64,000 nucleotides of DNA from Carcharhinus amblyrhynchos. Lineage: Eukaryota. The notes below the pieces were generated by a model. That model searched no databases. It worked only from the letters and a program-made list of their open reading frames with translations, and was not told where the DNA came from. Both the position numbers and the translations under genes were made by a program. Positions 63,656 through 64,000 of this stretch are shown in pieces. The stretch is from assembly GCA_965287045.1 (NCBI GenBank), contig OZ336903.1, forward strand, positions 1,054,001-1,118,000, given 5' to 3'. Position 1 is the stretch's first letter. Every line of letters begins with the position of its first letter.

Positions 63656-64000
63656 CAGGTATTCAGTGACTCTTTGAAATGGCCTAGTAAGACGTTCGGT
63701 TTCAGTGTTACTAGGGTCGGCCAATAAGTGCTGACCAGCCAGTAACACACGCAGGCCCCACAGATGAATTAAAATATATTGATAATGTGTCTGGCTCACC
63801 GAGAGGTATGATAAATCCTCGTTCTGATAGATATATCACACACTCTACTGGAAGGTTAACTCAAACCGCCTACACTGGGGGAAAAAATCTGCCAGGCTCT
63901 GAAAAGAGAAGGTTCACCAGGTGCATTCTGAGAAGCAGAGTGCAATATATAATACACCAGGCGAGGTGTGATATGCGACCGTCAATTGGGTAATCATTTG

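Overview
Eukaryotic, intron-rich vertebrate DNA, most likely a shark or ray (inferred from HE1-type tRNA-derived SINEs, CR1-clade LINEs and a GPR139-like GPCR). About 44 kb is a tail-to-tail inverted duplication (arms ~1-22915 and ~25985-43900) of a CD163/WC1/SCART-like type I membrane receptor with group B SRCR domains. I reconstructed both genes by hand; every intron is phase 1 and GT-AG. Gene A (+) has 14 exons in the window (1783-22481) and 6 intact SRCR domains, and its signal-peptide exon lies upstream of the window. Gene B (-) is complete: 16 exons (46889-26427), 7 SRCR domains, 969 aa. The main observation concerns the membrane-distal SRCR domain. It lacks the C2-C7 disulfide and carries a length-variable, aromatic-rich loop that differs in all three copies seen ([30 protein letters not shown]). 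One copy is an orphan fragment left by an exon-replacement event. The paralogs also differ in domain number and cytoplasmic tyrosine motifs, and they share an intramembrane Glu. The spacer holds a YY1-motif minisatellite and a CTCF-like site. The right part of the window has satellites, a relic 3' UTR of a third paralog, a Gypsy fragment, CR1 copies, two N-gaps and a two-exon GPR139-like GPCR. Gene models, identity estimates and motif calls were made by eye and are unverified.
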